NCBI GenBank assembly: GCA_046563655.1 | Contig: CM102284.1 | Span: forward strand, 5,952,001 to 6,016,000 | From: Yuukianura sp. NJ FZ-2021 | Lineage: Eukaryota | Reading direction: 5' to 3' | DNA: 64,000 bases | Part shown: piece by piece, positions 23,683 through 35,736 of the stretch | Layout of the letters: each line of letters begins with the position of its first letter | How positions within the stretch are numbered: the first letter of the stretch is position 1 | The notes under the pieces: model-generated | Seen by the model: only the letters and a program-made list of their open reading frames with translations | Databases searched by the model: none | What the model was told of the DNA's origin: nothing | Made by a program: the position numbers and the translations under genes

Positions 23683-26600
23683 TTATGTGCCTTTGACGAT
23701 CGTTTTGAGTTGGCTTCTGCCTTCCGTGCCTCCTGTACTTAACATGACTAACAATTAGTTAATCATGAGTTCATTAAGTTTCGTCATTAACCTAACCGCA
23801 GAGGAAACTTAAGGTAGAGGAGTCATTTTCATAATGCTCCGCAGCAACTGCGGTATTCAAACGTCTGCAGTGCGGTAAACCTTATGATTTTTTCTGCTCA
23901 AAAGGTTATGGATGTTGGTTTTGTGGAGCCGAAATAGATGTGAGGTCATTGCAATTTTTATTTTTGCAAGGTTAAGATCAAGGATCCTGAACAGGTTTGA
24001 TTTTTTTTAATGAAAACACTTATAACTTTCTACAACTGGAGGAGTTGTACTTAAAGTACCATAGAGAATTTTGTCGCCGTGTTTTTCATTTCCGGTCTTC
24101 TTTTTCTTTTTCATTCGTGTTCGCAGCACCGTCAAAGAAAGCTAAGAAGAAATGAAACGGCATCGAAAATCCTGTTATTCCCTAATAAAACGAAACCAGA
24201 ATTTCAAATAGACAAAAATCAAACCAAGATTTTTTTTAAAAGATCGTATTAAAAAAGTTTTGAACTTACTGATGTCATTTGCGTTAGGTCTAGGTGGTGG
24301 TGTATTAGTATAAGCATAGATTTCTTGTTCATCGGATGTCGCAGATTTACTTCCATCTACTGCTACTACTCGGAAAACATACGTTTCGCCAGGATTCAAT
24401 CCCCGAACAACATCAAAATCGTCATTAAAAACTTCGGGGGCAGAGATCCAGTTCGTTCTTCCATATTCTCTGCAAAGTGCAAGAAAATGTTAAAACTTCA
24501 AGATTTGAAACAAATTCAGAACTAGTAGTAGAAATGCTTTGACAAAATTACCTGTATTGGACATAGAAGTGTGACCCGGGACGCTTGCCTGGAGCATCAA
24601 AAGTAGGTTTCCAATTGACACGCACAGCGACAAGATCAGGTTCATTCCGTTCATGGTGCCACAGGAAGCTTGGTTTGGCAATGACACTTGCGTTGTCCGC
24701 GAATGTCTTCGCTTGGACAAAAGTTCTGAAAATAACAAAAACGTCAAAAGTTAAACCTTTCTTAGACCAACAGTTTTGAAAACAAATGTCTTACTCTTCT
24801 CCCGGGCCAATTTTGGTTAAACCTGCCACGTAGACGCGATAGGACGTGTTGGGTTGCAATCCCGCTAATTTCGCACTGACAATTTCTGGATCATTGATGG
24901 ATGGATGGATGGCGAGCTCACTCCATTTTACTTCTGTTCCAATCACCTGTAAACAGAAACTAACTTGTAGTTACAAAATCAACAAAATATTAATTTGAAA
25001 AAAGCATGCAATCAGTTGAATTTATGAAAATTTTAAAACTAAAATCAACGGTTACTGGAATGTATTTGATTTCATAACCGAGTAAAATCCCATTAGGCTG
25101 TTTTGGCTTATTCCAACTGAGATGTAGTGAAGAAACCCCTACAAAAATTCAACAACAAAAATCATAAAGCGCAACTTCATATCAAAACTTAAAAGGTAAA
25201 TCGTTTACCAAGTGGTCGAACTTCTAATTCATCCACTGGTCCAGGAAGACCTTCGTCCGTGATTACTTCCAGAACATAACTGCAAGGTCCATGATGATCT
25301 GAATTGTAAGCATAAACTCTCAAATAATTTCGGGAGAATGGAATTAGTTTGTCAACAATGGCCTCCGTAGCATCAAATCTGACAGCTATGGTTCGAAATA
25401 CGTTTTGGCCATCCGCATCCGTCCATGTTTCTATTTTGTATCCTTCAAACTTTCCTTGAAGACTTTCTGGTCTGACAGGATTCCATGACACAAGAACAGT
25501 CCTAGAGTTGAGCAAGCTTAACAATGTGAAATTCGAAGGTGCTTCTGTCGGAACTACAAAATTTAAATAATTCTAGAATTAATAAAAATGTCGAAGAATG
25601 TCAGAAATGAATACTTGAAGAAAAACGTACTGCCTTGGCCTGAAAATCCGCGAACAATAGCTGGGGCAAGATTGCTTTCCCCCTTTAAATTGACTGCTCT
25701 CACTTTGATGAGATATGGACGATATATCGGTTGGCCATGGATGATCAACTCACTCTGTCTCCAATCAGTGATGGTTTGTGTCTTCCAGCCATGATGGTCG
25801 TCGTCTTCTTTCCATTTTACTTCATAATGAAAACCCGGTGCGTTGTGGTCAATTTCGGGCATTGGAGTCCAAGTAATTCTTAGTGTGCGTGGATCCGTTT
25901 TGTCTGCTTTCACATTTTCTGGATTCGAGAAAGGAACGTCCTCCGAAGTGGTGCAAACATCCGAGTGAAGAGACGGCCACGACGGTCCAATAATATTTTT
26001 CGCTATCACACGAAAAGTATAGTTTCCCCACGGTTTCATCGGGACCTAAAAAATACAAAATTAAAGTCAATTTTTGAAACTCACGATGGAGCGTCCGTCG
26101 TTTATTCGCTTAGCCGTTTACCGTATAGCTAAGTTCTGAAACAGGCACGGTGGCAGCAAAATCCCAAGAATCTGGCGTGAAGCTAGTGTTGAATTGAATA
26201 TTGTAGTGAAGAATGGGTGCTCGATTGTCTCCCATTGCAATCCATCGTACTGTTGCATCTCTTCGATTACATTCTATTGAAACCAATTCCGGTCTGTTTG
26301 GAACATCTCGAACAATTAGATTGGCACTGGCTGAAGCGTTGTCGTAGAGTGTTTTGGCCAGACAAGTATAAACACCGCTGTCCAAATCTGTCGTTTTGTC
26401 AATCGTTAGTGAATTGTCTTGGTGTTTGACATATCGAGGATTAGCGTCGAAATCTATTGGAGCACCATCATTCAACCACTCAATGGTCAAGTCCAAACTT
26501 TCGTCTGCCACTGCAGTACAATAAAATTTCGCCGGATGACCTGCAGTTGCGTAATAATTTTCTGGACCTTCTTTTATAACTGTAGGAGCTGTATAATTTA

Positions 26601-28898
26601 AAAATGAGAAAAACAATTAAATCTCAATTTGACAAATTCTTAATATTATGAAGATTGATTTCTTACACTTCACATTCAGCGTCCCACTGGCACTAGCATC
26701 TCCAAACTTATTTTTGGCAAAACAAGTATATGTTCCACGATCTAGGAAGCTGACTGATGTGATATTCAGATCCCCATTCAGCAAAATGTCGTAATTTCCA
26801 CCAGTCAATTCTTTGTCTTCTCTGAACCATTGAATTAGCGGCCTTGGTGCTCCAAAGACACGACACGTAATCAATGCACTGGATCCTTCTATTGCTACAA
26901 CATGTTTGGGTGTATCCGTAAATGTTGGTGGCAGCGCTGCTAAACGGAAATCATTCACTTCAATACAGGAAATCAAGCATCTATACTTCAAAATTGAAAT
27001 TTTCAAAAAAATTTGTACCTAGAACATTGACGTAGACATCTTTGTAGACATATCCAAAAGTATTGGAAGCATTGCATCCGTAGTTTCCAGTATCCATTTT
27101 TGTTATATTGCGAATAACAATTCTGTCACCCTCACCCACCAAAATTCTTCTGGGATTTGGCGCCGCTTCTTCAATTGGTTTTCCGTTATGAATCCATTTG
27201 ATAATTGGTCTTGGAACACCAGCCGCAGTGCACTGCAATTCTACAGTTTCGTATACAGCAGCATTTACAACTTCCGGTTCGATTATAAAATACGGAGCAG
27301 CTAAAAAACAAATTTGACAAAATCAAATTACAAATTAATATTGTAAATTTGAATTTGATATTGGTGTAGATACTTACATTCAACCTTGACATGAATTGAA
27401 TAAGATATTGGTTGTCCTAGACCGTTTGAGGCATCACAATCGTAGCTTCCTTCGTCACTGAACGTTACTTCGGAGATTCGTAAAGTTTTTCCGAAGTTGC
27501 CGTAAGACACGCGATCTAACGGAAGACTAGCTCCCTTTCTTGACCAACGAATCTCCGGAAGCGGCCTGAAATTAGAAATTGAACAATTTTAATGTTACGT
27601 ACGCCGGATACTGAACGATGACAAGCTGGATAAATTTGGAGTTTGACTTCGTCTTACGTTCCACCGACGATACACCACAATTCCAGCGTTTGACCTTTCA
27701 TTGCCACAGTTCGTCTTTTTGACATGTATTGTGCAGTGGGAGGATGTTTATTTTGCATAGCAGACGACGCGTTGGTCGGATTGACATTCAAGTACACTCG
27801 ATTTCCCACCTTGTACTCATTTCTAAGAAAAAAATCGGAAACAATGTCGTAATTAATTTCACGAAACCATGAAACTAAATCGTCGGCAGCTCACCGAAAT
27901 GGTGAATGCGCTGAGCATGCGTAGAGGAACTCTAAGCTCTTGTCAAGTGGAGTAACATTGGAGAACCACAGGGTTCCTTCTGGATCCACAGTCATACGAG
28001 ATGAATTAATTGACTTGAAAGCGCCATGGCTACTTTGTAGCAGCCAGCTAACAATCGGTTTTGGCGAACCATCCGGAGCGTCACAAGGAAGCTGAAACGG
28101 CTTGCCTTCTTCTGCAGAAACTGATTTCGTGACCACATCATCTTTGAAAGCATGAAGTTCAGCCTTCCGCAGAAAGACAGAGTTGGAAGTAGCCGTCCCA
28201 AAGGAATTGGTGGCAAAACACTGATATTGTCCAACGTCTTCATCTTTTGGATGCGTCACAACGAGGGTTCCGCGACCCGGTTGCTGCAGAATCCTGTCAT
28301 CATATGCCTGCACCCCAAAAAACACATTCATTAGAGTTCAAAATTTTGGATTGAGGCATGAAACTTTAGTGGCTTAATTATACAGTCCAGAAGCGTACCT
28401 GCCAATTAAACGTTTTGCCGTTCTTGGTCCAAGTATACCGTGGTTCTGGAGTGCCCTCAGCCTCACACTCGAGTATGAATGGCTTAATATTTTCATCCCC
28501 TTGTGCAACTTGGAACAGGAGAAAGTCCGTAGGGGGTTGTTTTCTCATCAGTGGAGGGGAGGAAACTGCAATTTAAATCAAACCAACAAGTGAAAGTTTA
28601 ACAAATGAACTTTTTCTTTCATTTTCCCTTTCATTCCAACTTTTTTCTGTGCTTGCTTACTAATCAGTTTAAGTCGTTTTGAATACTTTAGCAGTATAAA
28701 CATTGATTTTGTTTTTAAATGAATGTTTTGTTTACCTTCAGCATTTATTGTGCCCACTTGAAGGGCCAGCAGGAGGCCAAGGAGGGAGAGACAGATAGGG
28801 AGCGGCGAGGCGGAAGAGAATGATGAGCTTCTTCTGCCTTTCCCCGAACTTTCACTTCCTCCAAAACATCTTCTGGATTTCCATCCTTCCGTAGACAT
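23683..28898 (-). CDS. Neuroglian/L1CAM-like cell-adhesion protein (signal peptide, 6 Ig, 5 FN3); 3' end unresolved
   Basis: Signal-like stretch PICLSLLGLLLALQ. Ig1 PPLMRKQPPTDFLLFQVAQ...PFILECEAEGTPEPRYTWTKNGK, followed by five more Ig domains (DxGxYxC motifs). FN3 repeats include DVPNRP...WIAMGDNRAPILHY, PWGNYTFRVIAKN, GLPGPVDELEV and LNPGETYVFRVVAVDG. The stop is at 24086 in the unshifted reading, or at 23683 if a 1-nt indel is assumed. Confidence 0.9.
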
Positions 28899-29456
28899 CT
28901 TTCCACTACTTCCACCAACCCTTAATGAAACTTCCACTGAATCAACACTTCTCTTCCTTGTCCACAAGGATTCAGTCACTCCATCCAAAGTAACATCAAC
29001 AGTTCAAAATTCTTAAAAAACAAACAAAACCAACACTTTAGTTCCAAATGTCTTTCGATTTTCAAATAATAACCCAAAATGCTCCCGTAGTCCAAAATCA
29101 AATCCTTTTACATAATTTTTTTCTATTCATAGTTCCACTTTCACCACTCCCGTAGATAGCATCGTTATGCCTAAATCCTATAGTTTCTTTGAACTAACCA
29201 ATACTGTGGTCTGCCGCGTCTCCTTCACCCCTCCTAGTTCAACTGATTTGTCTCATCCTATCTTTTCGGTTGCGAAATTTCAATTTTACTTTTACTTGGA
29301 GTTTCCAGCAGGAGCAGATGACCTACTCACTACGAGGTCACAAACAACAGCATTATCAGTTGGCACAAGGTCAAGGAGAGCAAAAATTTTCTAAAGTCCA
29401 TAGCATCATTGACCTTGTGTCTCCAGCACTCTTTGTGAGCGGCACCAAACTGTGAC

Positions 29457-30726
29457 ATGGCTCAGTCACAAACGTCGAAAAATGTAGTCCGGGTAGCAGT
29501 TGTTCAAGCGTCGTCAGTTGTTCTGGACAGAGACGGATGTGTAGATAAACTGGAGAAATTGACAAAAGAAGCAGCTGATAATGGAGCAAAATTGGTTCTA
29601 TTTCCAGAAGCCTTCATTTCTTGCTACCCTAGGGGGACCAACTTCGGTGCAACATGTGGCAGCAGAAGTGTAGTAAGTACAGTGTACAGTGAGTATCACT
29701 TTCAATGTCATGAGGTCAAATAAGCTAAAATAGTGAAATTAACATTTTGTGTTCTTTTTTAAATAGGAAGGTCGTGAAAAGTTTCGTCAGTACTATGAAT
29801 CGGCAGTGGACGTTCCTGGACCAATAGTGGATCGACTCAGCGGAATTGCCAAGGCCAACAAAGTGCATTTGGTCGTTGGAATCACAGAACGTGAAGGTGG
29901 AACGCTGTATTGCTCAGTTCTTTTCTTTGGCGACGACGGGCAGTTTCTCGGAAAACATCGGAAGTTGGTTCCGACGGCTTCGGAAAGGATTTTTTGGGGG
30001 TGCGGAGACGGTTCAACGCTTCCAGTGTTCAGTACAAATGTGGGGAAGATCGGAGCTGTGATTTGTTGGGAAAATTATATGCCGCTCCTTCGTACTACTC
30101 TGTATTCCAAAGGTCAGAGGTCAACCTAACCTGTCTAAAGCACTACAATAGCCTAGCATGCCTAAAATTTAGCTTTTAACATTTGTTTTCCAGGAATCCA
30201 GATCTATTGTGCTCCGACAGCCGATGCTAGAGAAGTTTGGACTTCTACGATGCGTCATATTGCACTGGAAGGTCGATGCTTCGTGTTAGGCTGCAATCAG
30301 TTCAACAAGTACTCTGACTATCCACCAGGCTTCATTGATTCCGAATTCAAGAACGCCCAGAACCAAAACAGCAACAACGAAGACGTCTTTTGCCGCGGCG
30401 GAAGCCTAATTGTCAACCCCATGGGGGAAATTCTCGCTGGACCACACTTTGACAGTGAAACGATTCTCTACGCAGACTTGGACTTGGATGACATTCCTAG
30501 AGCAAAGTTAGATTTTGACGCAGTTGGACACTACGCACGTCCGGATGTCTTCACGCTACATGTCAACGAAGGTCAAAATCATACTGTTGTGCATCATAAT
30601 CATAGCCAAGGTCAAGCTCATGCTGTTTTACGCAGTGACTCCCACCACCACGGACTTCACAACCATCATCATCATCATCATTCCAATAATTGTTCGAATC
30701 ACAATGTCAACCATAATGAAGATTGA
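29457..30726 (+). CDS. Nitrilase, NIT4/beta-cyanoalanine nitrilase-like, with a His-rich C-terminal tail
   Basis: Three exons: 29457-29672, 29767-30112, 30194-30726. The Glu-Lys-Cys triad is intact ([20 protein letters not shown]). Other family motifs: [27 protein letters not shown] and [14 protein letters not shown]. Confidence 0.95.
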
Positions 30727-31138
30727 TTATGGAAGTAATTAAAGTGGAAACAAGAAATTAACTAACTTGTTAGCTGTCAAGTTTGGGCTTAATTAATTGT
30801 GCGAACTGGTTTTGATGCCCCGCGGGGGGAAGGAAATGTTAATGAATCAAATTAAGCAAATTTTCAGCAGCTCAATTGATCATAATTATTCTTGTTTTAA
30901 GCATTTAACCAGTTTCAGTTTGCAAAATTGGGAGACTTTTAAAGCTCCAAGCTCTTTGCACACAAAAAATTTGCAAAATGACTCCCTTGAGGCAATCAGG
31001 AAAACTGACGAAATTTGGAAGCGTAGTTTACATACTGCTGGTAACCATCTTGGCGTCATCTTCGCAAGGTACAGAAGACAAAATTTCTAGCAAAATATTT
31101 GTGTCTAAAAACTAATTTTTCGAAAATTTTGTGCCAAC

Positions 31139-33698
31139 TTAAGCTGCAATTTGGTGTTGAATGTAGTCTAAAATTTTTTGTCGAAAAGCTGGAAGTTCAT
31201 TTGACGCTGGAAGCTCCTCCAGAAAAATTATGCCTCCCCGAAGCTGTTTCGAATTTGACACACGACCTTGACAAAATTGACAATTGAAACTTCAAAGTTT
31301 CAAAATTTTGAACAAAAATTTTTTGTTTAGCAGTGATTATCTTACTGTTTACGAAGGTACGAAGCTCCTTACTGCTTACTGCTGATCCGACACGTCTTAC
31401 AACGACAGCGCATGGCAAGAACCCAGCTAGCGGATCCGGAATTCCAAGTACTGCGCAGGTTCTAACGTCTGGATGCATTTGGATAATGTCCTCCAACTCC
31501 ATGGGGGATATGTAGTCTGCGTAGTATTTGAACACTTCGTTCACTTTTCCAGTGATGTACAAAGTTCCAGAGGCGTCGTAGTACCTAAGTCAGGTCAAAG
31601 GTCATCTCAAGGTCAAAGGTCATTCCCTTACAGTTAGGTTTAAAATTTTACCCAAAGTCACCCGTGTGAATCCACGAGTCGATTATGGTTTTGGTTTTCT
31701 TGGGATCCGCCGTGGAAGCATATTCCTTCATGGCTGTTCCAGATTTGACACAAAGTTCTCCAGGTTCTCCAGGCCCAAGTCTAACTCCAGTGTCAAGGTC
31801 AACTACTTTTGCAATTGCAAACAGACCGAGAGTTCCTGTGGTGTGCGGATGGAGCAACGGGCCTAATTTTTCAGAAAATTTTGAAAAGTGGGTTGAAATT
31901 TTGGATTTCTAAGAGAAAATGCTACCTGAATTGTGAGGTACAGTATTGCGGAAGTCCATATCTTCTCCAGCGGGATTTGGAATACTGGATGGAGGAATTG
32001 TGGAACTTATGAACAGAGCTTCTTCAAAACCATAAACGACATCGATTACTCTAAGATTTGGAAATCCTCTTCGCAGTAGTTTTTCAGAAAAGCTCGTTCT
32101 GGAAGTCGAATGGATTACGGCTGACGTAACGGAGCCCATGGATCCACCCTTGAAGAAATTCACAGAAATTGGGATTTGGAGGTCAGAGGTCAAGAAAGTA
32201 CAATTTCTAGTCAAGAGGTGAACAATTCTGACCTGTTCAGCAATATGTCTTGAGATTCTTTGCAAAAACGCTGGACATCCGCAGATGGAAGTAACTGTAA
32301 ACTCTTTCAATGCCACTGTGACGGAATGTACGATTGGAGTGTTCATCAAAATCATTGTTTTGCCATTGAACAGTGTTGCGAGTGGCCAGAAAATGCTGGT
32401 CAGTATATCTCCGTCATCGTCACGTCCATCATCGCCTGACCCCATTGGAAAAAAGTAATGTCTAGGATGTGTCCCAGCGCTCCGTAATAAACTAAATTGG
32501 TTTCGTGAAATTTCGAATTTTGAAATCACTTTTAACAATTTTTAAAGTTCTCAAACATGTTTTTGTGTTACCCGAGATGTGTAAATCCAATTACTAAAGA
32601 AGTGTTTGTGTGACACGCTCCGTTAGGTGTTACCAAAATGACAGCGTTGCCATCATCTTGGTCTGAAAAGTAGTCTGGACAAGCTGGAAATTTTTGTCGA
32701 GATTTAAATTTTTAAAATTCTAAAATGATTTTCAAATTTTGATAGTTTAGGAGTATAAGCTAACCTTTTCCATCGTCTTCCAAAATATCTAAAACGTCAG
32801 TAGCTGTTGACCTCTTTACTTTTCCAATTGACAAAGGTACAAATTCCTTTTCCTCTAAAGCGAGAAGCTCAATGACTTTTCCTTCAGTTGATTTATCATA
32901 AACGACAAAGCAGGGGTCAGAGGTCGAGTTGCCTATTGGCAAAATTCAAAATTTTGAAATTCAGAAATTTCAATTTGCGAGATTTCATGTTTTGGCTTAC
33001 TGATGACAAATCCTTTGGAATCAGCGATTTGCACAATCGCTTTCAATCTCCAAATGGCAAAGTAGAGTAGAAGTACGAGTGACATACTTTTGCTAACTAG
33101 GAAGAAAACAGGTTGATTTTCACGAAGTCCCAATTTGTGCAATGCTGACGCTAGGCGACGAGATTTGATCTCCACTTCTGAATATTTTAGACGAAGGCGG
33201 GGTGTGGTCATTTCTAACTAAAAAAAATAGCAAATTATAGGTCTTTAGAAACGCTTAAGTTTTGGTTTGCTTCGGTTTTAATCAATAGCATGGCAAAGTG
33301 TTGCTTGCAAGGCCAAGTGCAGCACATTTTAGGCCTTCTAGCTTCATTTTCTTGAATTTGTTCAAAAAAATTCTTACAAGCCACTCCCAATGTTGACCTC
33401 GTCGTCCAAGGACTTTGTGAAGATGCTGCTGCACAAATTGCCAAAAAGTTATACCTTGGTTAGGTACTTCAAATTGGTTGACAGTAACAGCGTCTGGATA
33501 AGGTGATGAAAGTGTTCCGTCCATCATCGTGGCCTGGAACGCTCCAAAACCGATTTCGGTGCTACCCGGAATTCCACCATTTGAATTTTCTTGTAGTACT
33601 TCATGAAGTTTCGATTCAAAATTTGCAACAGTATTTCTCAAACTTGAAACTTTAAAACTTTTAGGTTCTGAAAAACTGCTGACATTTCCACACCCCAT
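31139..33698 (-). CDS. Luciferase/4-coumarate-CoA-ligase-like ANL-family protein, probably catalytically inactive
   Basis: Motifs present: SRRLASALHKLGL, AKVVDLDTGVRLGPGEPGELCVK, WIHTGDFGYYD, ISPMELEDII, VLGIPD, and last exon KQLRGGIIFLEELP...QIAA*. The P-loop and the A10 lysine are absent. Confidence 0.85.
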
Positions 33699-34016
33699 GT
33701 CTTGATGTCTTCTTCCTGGAGCGATCAATTCCGAATGCCAAGGTCTAATTGTTCCCAATCCATTACTTACACAAGACGGAGAGACCAGTAATTAAGTTTT
33801 GTCTAGGTAGAAGTCCACGTTCCGACTGATTGTCGTGGAAGCGAGTAGTGGTTATTTTCTAAGGTCGTCGTCATTGGCTGGTGACATAAATAGGACGCTG
33901 GAAGGAGATGGCCAATAGCGAATGAATAAATAACTTTGTATAGCACCCTTTATCCTTTCCAGAAATTCGAAGAAAGTGACTAGGAAATTGACAGCTTTTG
34001 AAGCTCCCGTGTGTAT

Positions 34017-34814
34017 ATGGACACTTCAATTATTCAGGAACGCTTCTTCTTCTATTGTTCTCTTCTTTGTCCACAAAACTAGACTTGGGTTTTGTTAAAT
34101 TACGACATAGGATATCTGTCACCCAAGTTCAGCGCTTCTCGGAGAACTGAGAGGCCAATTTTTCGATACAAGGATATGGACAAGCAAATTGAATGGACAT
34201 GAATTTTGAAATTGATTTCTGTTTACTAGAAACGACAATTCGGATGAGGTCAGGAGGGCAAGCTATTCTGCCATGTGACATTGATGAAGCCAAGGACTTT
34301 GGCGATTCGCTTCAAGTTGTGCTCTGGTTCAAAGATGAAGCGTCGTCTCCGCTTTATACGTAAAACTTTTGATTAAAGTTTGAAAACTCGAAATTGCATT
34401 GATTAATCCCACTTTTTTTGGTGAAAGTCGTTCCACGCTTTAATGCTTCGCGGAATTGGAATTAACATGACTAGTTTCTGAGAAAATTCGATACACTCAT
34501 CTTTTCGATTAATCGATTGTAATGAAATTGTTTTCAAGTTTTGATTAGAAAAGGCTGCTTTTTTTATATAGGTAACCTTGTTCTAAAAAATTTCAATTGA
34601 ATTTGAATTTTATAGAATTGATGCTCGAGAAAGTGGGTTTTGGGAAGCAGTTCATGGAAAATCCAGCAGTGACTCCAGGATCAGTATGATTTCCAATCCC
34701 GGAGCTCTTGTCATCCGGAACGTCCAGAAGGAAGATGCTGGAACTTATCGTTGTCGTGTTGACTTTCGCCAGTCTCCAACTAGAAATTTTCGTATTAAAC
34801 TGGAAATTTTCTGA
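34017..34814 (+). CDS. Single V-set Ig-domain protein resembling Ig1 of the Sidestep family; start codon unresolved
   Basis: Exon 34230-34359 (QAILPCDI...DSLQVVLWFKDEASSPLY) joins exon 34616-34814 (IDAR...LVIRNVQKEDAGTYRCRVDFRQSPTRNFRIKLEIF*) at a compatible phase-2 junction. A hydrophobic signal-like stretch (SGTLLLLLFSSLST) lies at ~34034-34075. Confidence 0.75.
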
Positions 34815-35736
34815 AAAGTTCATCTTTTCAAATCTTACTTTCTTCTTTTGGAAATTAAACCTGTCCAAATCTGTGAATTAAAAAACGAATGCTAAATTTT
34901 CATGTTAAATTGTTAGTGACATGACTTTTAGTGAAAGTAAAATTAAACACTTTTAGAAATAAAATGCTTCGGAATGCAAATTTTTTTGTCAAAATTTAGT
35001 ACTGTTTAAAAAAAGTAATATCGCGTCGGAGATTTGGAACTAACAAAAAATATTTTTGTTGTATAGTTTCGCTGCCGCTCAAAGTTTGAAATATAAAATT
35101 TGTAGTCTTCTGTATATCGCCCTCTTCTTAATGTTTTCCGCGCTTCTGGTTGGCTACAAGTTTGGGTTTCGTCATCACTCCTATTCAATTTTGAATTTTA
35201 AAATTCATAAGTATTTTGAACAATTATTTTTGAAGTCAAAACAATTTGACACAGTTAGTTGAGGTCATTAATCGGTGGACTGGTTGTGTAAAACAGGTAA
35301 GATGTGTAAGTCAAGTTTTTGTTTTGGTTCCTTCTCCTTGGCTCCATCTTTCCTTCCCCATCCCCGACGGGATGATCTTTTACATGAGCTAATTTGGTAG
35401 TTGACCCCTTGACCTTTCTCGAAAACAATCAGTTGATTGAATAGTTCGTGTTCGTGGTAAACTACTTGGTCACTTGTCGACTTGTCCCCTGTCCGATTCT
35501 TTGGGTGTGTTTCTCTTGTTCGTTTTCCACTTATGGGTACATAGATCCGAATTCGGATTCGGACTTGACGTTTTTTGTATATCATTTCGCCTAATTAACG
35601 TCGGGTTTAACAGTTTAACGATATAAGGGAGAAGTAAGTATAACATAGTCATAGTGACATAAGATGATTATCAAACTAATTTGATCGTTTTTAATTCTTG
35701 AGTTTTGACAATATTCCAGGCTTCACTAAGATAGGC

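Noticed and set aside
29457-33698. Nitrilase plus acyl-CoA ligase as a nitrile-to-acyl-CoA pathway cluster
   Set aside because: The ligase-like protein lacks the P-loop and catalytic Lys, and the genes are convergent, so there is no support for a coupled pathway.
35268-35652. Minus-strand ORFs upstream of the TRIR-like gene
   Set aside because: They show no recognisable domain or splice structure; the region is more likely the TRIR 5' UTR/promoter.
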